Positions 1-9,245 of a stretch of 38,177 nucleotides of DNA are shown here, in pieces. How positions within the stretch are numbered: the stretch's first letter is position 1; each line of letters starts with the position of its first letter. The DNA lies in contig CAZUBM010000003.1 in the NCBI GenBank assembly GCA_964618805.1, forward strand, positions 88,749 to 126,925, written 5' to 3'. The DNA is from an uncultured Nitrososphaerota archaeon. Lineage in GTDB: Archaea > Korarchaeota > Korarchaeia > Korarchaeales > Korarchaeaceae. Position numbers and translations under genes: made by a program. Under the pieces are notes generated by a model. That model was not told the DNA's origin and made no database searches. It saw only the letters and a list, made by a program, of their open reading frames with translations.

Positions 1-1
1 A

Positions 2-418
2 AATGAGCTTGTCATTACCGTTCAATCCCTAGCAAGAAGCGTTGGCTCTTTGAGCGATACAGTGGGCTTCGGCCTTGAAGATATAGCTAAAGTTGTTCTA
101 CCGGGATGGCTTCAGAGAAACGAAGGTATAATCGTTGAAAAGCTGGAAAGAAGATTTTTCAGCGTAGATGGTGAAGAGATAGAGGTCAATTTATATGGAG
201 AAGGGATGAGGAATGGCAGAAAAGTAGTTGTTGTAGGCGAGGCTAAGTCAAGGATATATGGGGATGATGTCTGGAAGTTCCACTCTAAGATGGAGAAGAT
301 AAAGCATTTAATCAAAGAAGATGTTTTCAGGGTTATGTTTGGTTACTTAATACATCCTTCTGCTGAAGAGAGGGCTAAAGAGTTAGGAATTGCGGTCGTA
401 GCTTCATATATGAGATAG
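2..418 (+). CDS. PD-(D/E)XK-fold hypothetical protein, C-terminal part (5' end outside window)
   Basis: Frame is open from position 2 (NELVITVQSLARSVGSLSDTVGFGLED...). The motifs GFGLED, EIEVNLYG and VVVGEAKSRI resemble archaeal coiled-coil plus restriction-endonuclease-fold proteins. Confidence 0.65.
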   Translation, partial: NELVITVQSLARSVGSLSDTVGFGLEDIAKVVLPGWLQRNEGIIVEKLERRFFSVDGEEIEVNLYGEGMRNGRKVVVVGEAKSRIYGDDVWKFHSKMEKIKHLIKEDVFRVMFGYLIHPSAEERAKELGIAVVASYMR

Positions 419-445
419 GAAAAAAGTAGAACAACGATCAATTTT

Positions 446-465
446 CACCTTTTACCGTAAAGGTG
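446..465. terminator. Hairpin between convergent genes, possible terminator
   Basis: CACCTTT-taccgt-AAAGGTG 7-bp stem in the gap between two convergent stop codons, with T-tracts on both strands nearby. Confidence 0.35.
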
Positions 466-486
466 CTTCACAAAGCCATTTTTAAG

Positions 487-612
487 TTATCTTTTCTTTT
501 TATAGCCTAAGCGCGATACATATCTTGGAGGGTGTGGGCTTATCGTCTTCTCCCCGCAAACAGGACATCTTTCAGAGAAGGTATACCTGTGGCACTTGGG
601 ACACTTTCTCAT
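487..612 (-). CDS. nop10: H/ACA RNP protein Nop10 (41 aa, not in ORF track)
   Basis: Manual translation gives MRKCPKCHRYTFSERCPVCGEKTISPHPPRYVSRLGYKKKR, with a zinc ribbon and HPPR motif. The start overlaps the aIF2-alpha stop (TGATG), which is the usual position of nop10. Confidence 0.93.
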   Translation of the reverse strand: MRKCPKCHRYTFSERCPVCGEKTISPHPPRYVSRLGYKKKR

Positions 613-1436
613 CAACTCTCTGGGGCCATCCTCTTCTTGTAACTCTTCTCCCAAGCTACCTCACCTTTGCCCCCTTCTTCCCTTATGGCCTTCAGTATCG
701 TTTCGATTACCTTAGCAGACGCCCTTCTGACAGCCCTGGGGTCTGAAGATTGAATTCTGATAACATACTTAGGAGAGCCCACAGTATATATCTCCACATC
801 TACTCCATCCTCGGATGATACTGCTTTCTTTCCCTTGAGCAGGGCCTCCTTTACGACCTTAACTCCATTAGAGGCAAAGGATAGCAGCTTTACTCCGATT
901 ACCTTCATGTAAATTGGCGTTGTTATGTGGGCCTTAGCTTCAGCTAATAGGGCATTAGCGAGCTCATCATCTAACCCAGCCTTCTTAAGAACCTCTGGTC
1001 CGGTCCTCATAGCCTCTATTAGAGCTTCCATTGGGCTGTCGTAATATCTTGATAGTTTGTTCCATATAGTCGTCGTAAGACTCTCCGGATCCTTTATCCC
1101 AAGCTTTTTAACAGTCATTCTTATAAGGGAGAGAACTCTTCTCTTCTCCTTCCACGCAGCAAGCTTCTTCCTAGCTTGTTCCCTAGAGACATACCTTAAC
1201 GATATGTCTACCAAGCCCCTCCCTCTATCTGCTCTTATCACTCTCCCTACTACCCTTTCTCCTTCCTTAACAAAGTCCCTTATGTCCCTAACTCTTCCCG
1301 ATGCAATGTGAGATCTTGGAACATACGCCTCTATTCCTCCATATTCTTCAAGCTCAACGATCACGCCATGGTCCTCTATCGTTCTAACGATCCCTATGAC
1401 AAGCTCTCCAACGGTAGGGAAGGACCTTTTAGACAT
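612..1436 (-). CDS. eif2a: Translation initiation factor aIF-2 alpha subunit
   Basis: N-terminal S1 domain (FPTVGELVIG...VDISLR) and YTVGSPKY motif. Lies between S27e and nop10. ATG at 1436 preferred to GTG at 1445. Confidence 0.95.
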   Translation of the reverse strand: MSKRSFPTVGELVIGIVRTIEDHGVIVELEEYGGIEAYVPRSHIASGRVRDIRDFVKEGERVVGRVIRADRGRGLVDISLRYVSREQARKKLAAWKEKRRVLSLIRMTVKKLGIKDPESLTTTIWNKLSRYYDSPMEALIEAMRTGPEVLKKAGLDDELANALLAEAKAHITTPIYMKVIGVKLLSFASNGVKVVKEALLKGKKAVSSEDGVDVEIYTVGSPKYVIRIQSSDPRAVRRASAKVIETILKAIREEGGKGEVAWEKSYKKRMAPES

Positions 1437-1441
1437 ACGTC

Positions 1442-1630
1442 TCACTCTTCCTTCCCATATATCGCCATTATAGGGGCAAGAATCTTTGCCTTTCCTCCTC
1501 TAGGCTCTGCAAGGGGCTCATCACAGATTAAGCATTTAACGACCCTAGAAGCGTGAGAATATATCACCTGCTCGTTACCGCAGCTTGGGCATCTGACCCT
1601 TACGAAGAATGTTTGGGTCTTCTTTACCAT
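1442..1630 (-). CDS. rps27e: 30S ribosomal protein S27e
   Basis: FVRVRCPSCGNEQVIYSHAS...CLIC...LAEPRGGKAKI. ATG at 1630 is preceded by an AGGTGA ribosome-binding site. Confidence 0.96.
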   Translation of the reverse strand: MVKKTQTFFVRVRCPSCGNEQVIYSHASRVVKCLICDEPLAEPRGGKAKILAPIMAIYGKEE

Positions 1631-1634
1631 CAAA

Positions 1635-1913
1635 TCACCTCTGAATTTCAACCCTAAGCATCCTTCCGAGGCTTCTCAAACTCTTCCTTTTGCAAACCTT
1701 ACATTCAAGCACAAGCACTATTTTCTTCTTAGTCTTTGCTTTCCTCCTTAACTTCCCTCTTGGCTCTCCTCCATACCCTTTTCTCTTCCTTTCAAGCTGT
1801 CTAATCCCCCAAGAAAGCTTTCTCGGTCTTCCTGCCTTGTAAAGGCTAACTTTATGCTCTGTGTGCTTTCCGCACCTCGGGCAGTAAGTCTTAATCACGC
1901 TTGGCACTTTCAT
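1635..1913 (-). CDS. rpl44e: 50S ribosomal protein L44e
   Basis: MKVPSVIKTYCPRCGKHTEHKV...GYGG...KAKTKKKIVLVLECKVC. Likely start is the ATG at 1913, inside the longer track ORF. Confidence 0.96.
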   Translation of the reverse strand: MKVPSVIKTYCPRCGKHTEHKVSLYKAGRPRKLSWGIRQLERKRKGYGGEPRGKLRRKAKTKKKIVLVLECKVCKRKSLRSLGRMLRVEIQR

Positions 1914-2439
1914 CCTCAGACAACACCTCCACGAGCCCTCTCCTTGCCAGTATCCTTGCGTTCTCCTCGGGTATGTGGGCAACATCTCCTTCGGAGAAGG
2001 GCCCATATACAGCTAGATCTACTCCCACAAAGGCAGGGACTTGGCTTTTAAAAGTTACCAAAACCAACGAAATGCCCTTAATCTTCTCCTTTCCCTCGAT
2101 CATTGGAATTTCTTTTTCTAACTTCCTAACTCCAAGAGCTGATTTTAGAAATCGAAGTTCTTCGTCCACATTTTCTGGAACTCTGTCTGAAGCTAACAGC
2201 GCGGCTACTTTTACGGCCCTCATTCTCAACAGGGAGTTGAGCATGGTATCACATATCTCAGCTTGCTTTTCTAGGATCTTTTTCATAATCGCATTCGAGT
2301 TCAATGCTTCTTCTCTCAATTTCTCTATCCATTCCTTCATTTTATCGTAAAATCCAGGTTCTAGTGGTTGAAGTTCATCGCTTGCCCTCTCTCTAAGCCA
2401 TGCTTTCTCTAACTTCTCATACATCGATTCTTCACTCAA
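1891..2439 (-). CDS. gins15: GINS complex subunit Gins15 (Gins51)
   Basis: N-terminal W..E...ELQPLEPGFY helix region and C-terminal B-domain VPAFVGVDLAVYGPFSEGDVAHIPEENARIL. Directly downstream of priS. Confidence 0.9.
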   Translation of the reverse strand: MSEESMYEKLEKAWLRERASDELQPLEPGFYDKMKEWIEKLREEALNSNAIMKKILEKQAEICDTMLNSLLRMRAVKVAALLASDRVPENVDEELRFLKSALGVRKLEKEIPMIEGKEKIKGISLVLVTFKSQVPAFVGVDLAVYGPFSEGDVAHIPEENARILARRGLVEVLSEDESAKRD

Positions 2440-3632
2440 ATCAGCACCCCTCTTCCCTTAAGAACAATAAATGTAGCAGCTTTGGTGGGCAACCTAATCT
2501 CAAAGTCCTCATCATAAGGACCAAACTTAGTTCCTCCAAGTTCAAATTCTGGAACTGGTTCCACAATCTTTACCTTAAGTTCCCCACCTTTTAATCCAAT
2601 CGCCATCGCTAGGGGGTTGAAGAATTCAAGCTCTGGAGGTGTCAAGGTAACAGCTCTTAGACCGCTCTTTCCATGAAGGCTGTTTGGTATTCTAGTGAAT
2701 CTATGGGGATCAGAAGTTACCTCAGCATCTATCTTTATGCTCATTTCCCTTCTCATTTCTAGAACCAAGTTTCTCAGCATCCTAATAGCCTTAGAACCTA
2801 TACCAAAGAGCTTCTTTCCATCTAGAAGAGCTTCTCTTAGCCCCGGAATGGACTTAAGGTAGTTCGCAGTTCTTTCATTCACCCATGATGGGGGATTTCC
2901 CTCAACGATAGACAAAAGCAGGCGAGAAAACCTCCCCCTCCATCCGCCTTCTCCAACCCTAGGAAGAGAAACACCACCTCCAGATTCTACAAATGTCAAT
3001 GCATTCATGCCAAAGCCAGAAAAGAGGTCAGCTATCTCCCTTCTGCCTATTTTGTCGAGACTCATGGCCCTCTTTTCCCTAACCCTTATGTGATAGCCCC
3101 TATTTCCTGTGTACGCTACTAGTATGTGTTCCTGTTTTATTCCAAGGTCGGATGATAGGAGATCCATTAATCTGAATGCCTCTCTTTTTGTAGCACCTAG
3201 GCAAACTGGACAAATCCACTTAAAGATCTTGATTCTCCTTGATCCACAACTAGGACATTCCTCAGGTGCGGGCCAATTTCCCTTGTATCCGCAGCTCTCG
3301 CACTTCCAGTGATCGTGTTCCTTTCTGCATGAGACTTCTAAGAGATCTGCGTCTATGTCAAACAGAAGTTCTGCTGATTTCAGCCCTTTAGAGCTCATGT
3401 CCTTGGCTCCTGGGTCCTCATACAAAGCTACAGAGTAATAGGCATGAAGTGGAGTCTCGCTTTCAAGCTTAAACCTTAGTTCTTCGATGCTCCTGATTGC
3501 TTTATGTCTCTTAACTGTGCCCTGGAAGTCTATGAACATGAATTCCCTTCTTTCTATCTCAGGAACAAAGGCCAGGGAGGAGTAGCTCCTGTAGTACCTT
3601 CTAAAGGCCTCTCTTATGGGTTCTAAGCTCAT
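2436..3632 (-). CDS. priS: DNA primase catalytic small subunit PriS
   Basis: REFMF, ELLFDIDAD, YTGNRGYHI and IDAEVTSDPHRFTRIPNSLHGKSG motifs. Confidence 0.96.
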   Translation of the reverse strand: MSLEPIREAFRRYYRSYSSLAFVPEIERREFMFIDFQGTVKRHKAIRSIEELRFKLESETPLHAYYSVALYEDPGAKDMSSKGLKSAELLFDIDADLLEVSCRKEHDHWKCESCGYKGNWPAPEECPSCGSRRIKIFKWICPVCLGATKREAFRLMDLLSSDLGIKQEHILVAYTGNRGYHIRVREKRAMSLDKIGRREIADLFSGFGMNALTFVESGGGVSLPRVGEGGWRGRFSRLLLSIVEGNPPSWVNERTANYLKSIPGLREALLDGKKLFGIGSKAIRMLRNLVLEMRREMSIKIDAEVTSDPHRFTRIPNSLHGKSGLRAVTLTPPELEFFNPLAMAIGLKGGELKVKIVEPVPEFELGGTKFGPYDEDFEIRLPTKAATFIVLKGRGVLI

Positions 3633-4576
3633 CTCTTCCTCCTCCTACCATAACTTAAGGGATTGTTTATTCCACAATCCTCAACACATATTCCCATGGA
3701 TCTCAGCTTAGAGCAGCTTGGTGGGAGGTATCCTTTCTTAGCAATTTGCTCTACCTGATAGGCTGCTACCTTTTCCTTAAAATCAGGGATTGACCTAAAA
3801 ACATCTATTACCTTGCTTTTTTCCCAGCCTATTTTGAGTAAATAGGCTGCTAAAGCGAATCTAGCTGCGTGAGGGAGGTTCTCACCCTCAGATACTTTTT
3901 TTAGAAGTTCTTCCATGCAGGGCGCTAGCTTACCAATCCTTCTTCTCTTAGGTAATGATTCCTTCTTAGCTTCCAGCAACCTACGAACCACTAATGCAAG
4001 ATCTTCCAGTGGCTTAGGTAGCTCCTCTTCTATTTTTGATGGTTTAAGCACTCTCATTCTAATAGCTTCAGCCAATAACCTTCTGAATTCCTTTTCTGAT
4101 ACTATTACCTCCCCCTCTCTTAAGTCCCTGTTAACTAACCTCCATTTCTCCCCTCCTAATCCTTTTGCAAGCTCCAGGTACTTATCGTAGGGTATGGCGA
4201 CTAACTCTCCCTCTAAAATCCTTATTTTGATTTCAAAGCTTTCCTCGGCTAATTTCACTAGATTCGGGAGGTACTCACCTTCTGAAAGCTTTAAGAACCT
4301 TTTAGCTTCATGTTCAGCAAACCTGTTCCTCAAGAACTTGTCCCCTAGTCTTTCCACTATAATTCTTGAGATTAGGAAGGAATAAACGTCGTTCATTGGC
4401 CTAATTTCATCTATGGAAAGATCAATCTTCCCTTCTATTGAAGAAAAGAGCCTTCTTAAAGCTCTCTCTCTTGCTCTTAAAAGATCTGGATGATAGGCTA
4501 GATCCTCTAGGTTATATCCCTCTTCCTCTATTAGCTCAGCAGCTTCTTTTGAGAAGGGATACCTAGATATGTCCAT
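3629..4576 (-). CDS. priL: DNA primase large subunit PriL
   Basis: RYPF N-terminus and APCM...GENLPHAARFALAAYL...YQVEQI...YLPPSC...C...C...NPLSY; all four Fe-S cysteines are present. Confidence 0.95.
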   Translation of the reverse strand: MDISRYPFSKEAAELIEEEGYNLEDLAYHPDLLRARERALRRLFSSIEGKIDLSIDEIRPMNDVYSFLISRIIVERLGDKFLRNRFAEHEAKRFLKLSEGEYLPNLVKLAEESFEIKIRILEGELVAIPYDKYLELAKGLGGEKWRLVNRDLREGEVIVSEKEFRRLLAEAIRMRVLKPSKIEEELPKPLEDLALVVRRLLEAKKESLPKRRRIGKLAPCMEELLKKVSEGENLPHAARFALAAYLLKIGWEKSKVIDVFRSIPDFKEKVAAYQVEQIAKKGYLPPSCSKLRSMGICVEDCGINNPLSYGRRRKR

Positions 4577-4585
4577 GTCTTTCCT

Positions 4586-5335
4586 CTAAACAGATAGATG
4601 AGCCAAGTAATATGTTATGTTGGCTCCCTCGAATCCTAGGGAGTAACGCATCCTCATTGGAGTGTTTGTTGAGATCTCTATGCTCATGTCCTGAGCTATT
4701 GCCGCTGGCTTTGCCATTCTTTCTAGGTATGCTAAGCTATAGATGCTCTTGGAAGGCTCATCTGCCCATATGTCTAAGAGTATGGGGTCTTCCCTTGATA
4801 TCTCTATTACGCTCTCCGTCCCTCTCCCAGAAGTCTTGAGCTTCAGCGCTTCTGTACTTATCTCTACTTCTGCTTCATTCCCCACCAGCTCAAGGTCTTT
4901 TATCATCGAAGGAAAGCCTTTACACTCTATCCTTGCACCCGCCTTAAAGTCCACTTTTAACTCCCTCATCTTAAATGGTTCACCAGCTAGCAATGGAAGG
5001 ATAAATTTTCTAGTGTATTTTCCCTTTATCTCGACAGTTATACTGTTCTCATCAAATATTAGTGCAACTGTTTCGGTTGCTTTGGCCCTTTTGAGAACCC
5101 TTATCAATTCTGTGAAGTTTATTCCTACATATCTCTCTTGATCTATGTTAAACTCTGTGAAAAAGGATTTAGGAAGCACTACCTGAACCATCGCTGTCTT
5201 TGCTGGCTCCAAGGCTGATAGGCTAAGCCCTACCTCTGGGTCGATTTTTATAGTCGCCTCCTCCACAAGAAGCTCCACCGCGCTCATGGAGCCTGTAAAC
5301 GTCTTAGTCTCATCTACCATTAACCTAGCTGGCAT
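4586..5335 (-). CDS. pcn: DNA polymerase sliding clamp PCNA
   Basis: 249 aa with ALEPAKTAMV, SIYSLAYL and C-terminal PMRMRY...ITYYLA, next to the primase genes. Confidence 0.93.
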   Translation of the reverse strand: MPARLMVDETKTFTGSMSAVELLVEEATIKIDPEVGLSLSALEPAKTAMVQVVLPKSFFTEFNIDQERYVGINFTELIRVLKRAKATETVALIFDENSITVEIKGKYTRKFILPLLAGEPFKMRELKVDFKAGARIECKGFPSMIKDLELVGNEAEVEISTEALKLKTSGRGTESVIEISREDPILLDIWADEPSKSIYSLAYLERMAKPAAIAQDMSIEISTNTPMRMRYSLGFEGANITYYLAHLSV

Positions 5336-5663
5336 CTTTCAATCCCCTCTCTAACCTAATCTCCAATCTTTCCAACTCCTCTTCAAGCTCAATTGCACTC
5401 CTCAATAGCCTTAAATCTATACCACTCAAGTCCGCAATTGCATTTGCCTGTATCTCCTTCAACTCTCCTCCTCCAGAAAGGACATTTCCTGCAACTAAGA
5501 TTATAGAAGAGAGGTCAAAAGGCTTGATATTTCCAAAATAAACCTTAGCCTTCCCGCTTCCATCTTCTATCACCAAAAAGTTCTCTGCTGAGTGTATTAC
5601 AACTCCAGCAATACATATGTTAACCCCACTCTCCTTTATATTAGCTATCCTCGTTATCTTCAT
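5325..5663 (-). CDS. Small single OB-fold protein (RPA small-subunit-like)
   Basis: VCIAGVVI...LVIEDGSGKAKV...ILVAGNV...EIQANAI is an OB-fold strand pattern, followed by an amphipathic C-terminal helix. Its end overlaps the PCNA start. Confidence 0.7.
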   Translation of the reverse strand: MKITRIANIKESGVNICIAGVVIHSAENFLVIEDGSGKAKVYFGNIKPFDLSSIILVAGNVLSGGGELKEIQANAIADLSGIDLRLLRSAIELEEELERLEIRLERGLKDAS

Positions 5664-5672
5664 ACCAATCCC

Positions 5673-8600
5673 TCACAAGAAGTCCACTAACTTTTTGTGC
5701 CCCGCTGGTTCGACCTCCTTTAGCATTTCTTCACCCAATTTCTCCCCCTCTCTTAGGAATAAGAACATGGATTTTGCCTCTTCCTCAAGTAACTTTAGCC
5801 TTTGATGCACATATCCCATCAAGTTATGTGTTTCAAGTACATCTAGTGCTGGTTGAATGTATTTAACCGCAGATTTGGGGTACATCGTAAGAACGAGATT
5901 ACCTCCGCATTTTTCACACCTTCCAGACAAGGGAGGCCGTCTGTACTTGGCGTTGCATTTGGAGCACCTAAAGCCCTGCATTGAAAACTTCCTTAGGTTG
6001 CCGGAGACGTCTCTTAGGAAGTGAGAGGTTATTGCTCTAGATATAGAATCTTCCGGGTCAACAGCCCTTATCCTAAGCTCCAGTTCAATGTGTTTTTCGA
6101 GCTTGTCGATCATCTTCTCCAACCTCCTATACATGGTCATAAGCGGTCCCTCATCTATTCTTCTCGTTATACTCGTGAAGGAGATTTTTGGATACGGAAT
6201 TCCTTGAGAAAAAAGTTTTCCGACTGTCGGAATTAAGTCCTCCAGCTTGGAGGGACTCTCGTACTTATATGTAATTTCATAAAACTCAAGTGGATAGTGG
6301 TCGACTACCTCCATGTTATAGCTTTCATCGTCTATGTAGTTCAAGTCTATTCTTGTCACTATCAAGAGAGGTACGTCCTCCCTTCCTCCTGGGGTTGCTG
6401 GAAGATATCGTCTGGAGAAGTTGAGCAGCATATCTAAACCCAATATTATGGAATCCTCATCTCCGTCGGCATTCCTCCTCTTTGCAGCATGAAGGAAAGG
6501 ATGTGCAAAAAGCACTGATGCCTTTGTAAAACCTACTATCCTGGCAACATTTGCTATGAAGGTGTGTGGGGATATTGTGAACACGATATGGCCTACAAGA
6601 TCCTTTGGATCCTTAAGATTGTAAAATCTGGGAAGTCCATAAATTAACTCTAATTCATCATCAACAAACTTAGAAACCCTATAAAGATATTCTGCTGCTT
6701 TTTCAGGTATAATTATGTCGTTTATCTTCAATTCAAGGAGCTGATCCTCTCTTTCTAAGGGTTGGCCGTTCAAGTCATGGGTGTAACCAAGTTCTCTTAG
6801 TTTCTCGACGGGAATTCCAACTTCAGAAGGTTTGAAGTGAGTCATCACCGCATTTGTCGTATCAAATCTGCAAGTCCCGTCCTTAAACACATAAAGATCG
6901 TATTTACTCCTCAATATACCCTTTTCAATAGGCTCTGGATATTTATTGTCGTTAGTTAGACCTATAACGCATCTTATTTTTTCTAAATTAACTGCTTCAG
7001 CGCTAAAGAGGGACTCTAGAACCTCATCAATGAGAGATTTGAAGTCTATGCTTGTCTTCCTGTGTCTTACTGCTGGAAGCCTATGAATTGGACAAACTCC
7101 GCCTTGATGTAGTTCTCTGCCGCACTTTGGGCAGAAATAAAGTTGCTCGGTTCTGCTCCCACAGGATCTGCAGAAATATAATGGGGTCTCTTTTCCACAT
7201 TTAGGACATCTTCTTACAGCTATATCCACAAATATGCTTCTCACACTGTAAGCTTGGCTTGCTGATCTGCTCCTTCCTTTTTGAGTTCCTATCGGAAATA
7301 GCAGGTTTACCGGGGGCTTCATTACCCTAGGTTTGGCCTTTTCAGGCCTTCCAAGCCTCATACCTATGTAAAAAGGAGCCTTTGGCATGATTTTTACGGG
7401 AGAAAGCTCATTCAGTACTGAAATTGTGTCCCATCTGGCCTTCTTATCCCACTCAATTTCCTTCTCGAGTCCTCCTAGAGAAACAAGGAGGGATTTTGCA
7501 TCTCCTCCTTCAACAATTATCTCACCGTCAACTACCTTGTGGAGGACCCCTATTATCTCTAGTATCTCCTTTATGTCCTGTTTTAGGGTGATTTTAATCG
7601 TATTCTCAGAGATTTTTCCCGTTTTTAGGGAACTATACAGCTTTGAAAGCTGTTCTATTGTTATGTCATGCCAGAAATAAGTCCATCTTGGGTGAAGAGG
7701 TACATTTAGGAGAAGGCTAAGCCTAATGGCCTCATCGAAATCTCTTGAGGCTTTCTCAACGAAATTAGGGCTTAACTCTACCCCTCTCTCCTCTGCTGAT
7801 TTCTTAATGAGAGAACTCCACCACTCCTCAACCCAAGCTGATGGTAGGAGGGGGTGGTTGTTTTGGAGGAACTCTCCAAACGCGACCAGTACATCCCCTA
7901 GGAAAAGTATCCTATCAACGCTATCTGCATACTCTTTGGCCATTTCTACGCTTTCTAATCTCACTACGGATCCGTCCTTCAACCTGACAATGGGTCCTTC
8001 TATAGAATCTACTGGAATCACTATTGCACTTTTCCCTGGCCTTTCTATTCTTACTTGAGTCCCAACTGCAAGAAATTCATCTAAGATATACATTGTAGCA
8101 GGATGGATTCCCACGGAAGCTAGACCAGTTACCCTCGATCTCCCATACCTAAGCCTAAATCCTCCAGGTCTTTGAGGATGAGAAAGAACTGGTCTTCCAG
8201 CAACCGATTCCCTTAAGAACTTATAAGAAGGGCTTATGTAAGGACATCCCTCTCCAACCTGCTCTTTCTCTGATTTTGTTTGGAACCACTCGAGCCAGTC
8301 CCATCCCTTTATATCATATCCCCTTTCTCTAAGCCTTTTTATAGCCATTAGAAGTTTGGGAGCTTTCTGTAAAATGCAGTCATTGAGAACTAGAATAGCT
8401 CCTCCCCTCAACCTATTTGTTTCTACTGTCCTGAGGTTTCTATAAGCTGAGACCTCTATTTTTTCAGTTGGAGGGCCGTTTATCTCGACAGGCAGGTGTT
8501 CAGCTACATACCTTACTTCCTCAGATCTCGAATTATACTGAAGGTGCTGAACTCTCTTGTAGAGCGAGACTTCCTCAATATACCTCCCAATCTCTCTAGG

Positions 8601-9122
8601 TCCCGGCTTATATGGTGCCAAACCCATTTTTTGCCTTAAATAATCTGCAAGTACCACTACGAGAGCTCCATCAGTTCCCCCAGCCGTTCTTATTGGTCCA
8701 TTGAAGTATATGGAGAGATAATTTGATCCATCGTCTGGATTTCTCCTTATGATCACCTTGTTTATCCCCTCAACCGGAGCCGAAACCGTTGCCCCCGTCA
8801 TAATAGATAGGCCCACTCTAACAGCCAATTCTGCCTTTTCTGCAGGTCCTAGATCTAGGCCCATGTCTCCTGCAAGAATCTCATCTGCTATCTTAAAGGC
8901 AAGTTCTCTCTTTCCCAAGCCCTTAGAGAGCCAGTACGAAATCCTTTCACCTATGTTTGGATAGCCAAAAAGTGCCACAACCCTCTCTGGAAGCGTGTTA
9001 GCTTTCTCGCTTTCCACCTGAAGGGTAACATCATAACCCTTTGATCTAGCCTCATTGGCTAGTCTTATTAACGAGTCAACAGCATTGTCTAGCTCTTTTA
9101 GGTATTCTTCGCTTCTCTGCAT
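5673..9122 (-). CDS. polC: DNA polymerase D large subunit DP2
   Basis: GPIRTAGGT, GGFRLRYGRSR, RLGRPEKA, VFKDGTCRFD, catalytic HAAKRRNADGDED, C-terminal zinc finger and PIP-like KKLVDFL. At 1149 aa there is no room for an intein. Confidence 0.98.
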   Translation of the reverse strand: MQRSEEYLKELDNAVDSLIRLANEARSKGYDVTLQVESEKANTLPERVVALFGYPNIGERISYWLSKGLGKRELAFKIADEILAGDMGLDLGPAEKAELAVRVGLSIMTGATVSAPVEGINKVIIRRNPDDGSNYLSIYFNGPIRTAGGTDGALVVVLADYLRQKMGLAPYKPGPREIGRYIEEVSLYKRVQHLQYNSRSEEVRYVAEHLPVEINGPPTEKIEVSAYRNLRTVETNRLRGGAILVLNDCILQKAPKLLMAIKRLRERGYDIKGWDWLEWFQTKSEKEQVGEGCPYISPSYKFLRESVAGRPVLSHPQRPGGFRLRYGRSRVTGLASVGIHPATMYILDEFLAVGTQVRIERPGKSAIVIPVDSIEGPIVRLKDGSVVRLESVEMAKEYADSVDRILFLGDVLVAFGEFLQNNHPLLPSAWVEEWWSSLIKKSAEERGVELSPNFVEKASRDFDEAIRLSLLLNVPLHPRWTYFWHDITIEQLSKLYSSLKTGKISENTIKITLKQDIKEILEIIGVLHKVVDGEIIVEGGDAKSLLVSLGGLEKEIEWDKKARWDTISVLNELSPVKIMPKAPFYIGMRLGRPEKAKPRVMKPPVNLLFPIGTQKGRSRSASQAYSVRSIFVDIAVRRCPKCGKETPLYFCRSCGSRTEQLYFCPKCGRELHQGGVCPIHRLPAVRHRKTSIDFKSLIDEVLESLFSAEAVNLEKIRCVIGLTNDNKYPEPIEKGILRSKYDLYVFKDGTCRFDTTNAVMTHFKPSEVGIPVEKLRELGYTHDLNGQPLEREDQLLELKINDIIIPEKAAEYLYRVSKFVDDELELIYGLPRFYNLKDPKDLVGHIVFTISPHTFIANVARIVGFTKASVLFAHPFLHAAKRRNADGDEDSIILGLDMLLNFSRRYLPATPGGREDVPLLIVTRIDLNYIDDESYNMEVVDHYPLEFYEITYKYESPSKLEDLIPTVGKLFSQGIPYPKISFTSITRRIDEGPLMTMYRRLEKMIDKLEKHIELELRIRAVDPEDSISRAITSHFLRDVSGNLRKFSMQGFRCSKCNAKYRRPPLSGRCEKCGGNLVLTMYPKSAVKYIQPALDVLETHNLMGYVHQRLKLLEEEAKSMFLFLREGEKLGEEMLKEVEPAGHKKLVDFL

Positions 9123-9245
9123 CTTAGCCTATTTCCCCTTAAGTTCTAAAGGTGATAGGGTAATAAGGTATACCCCGTTGTGAACCTCTCCAGCTTATGA
9201 TAGAAAGCGTTAATACTAATGATATCTTCAAACCTTGGGATTCAA

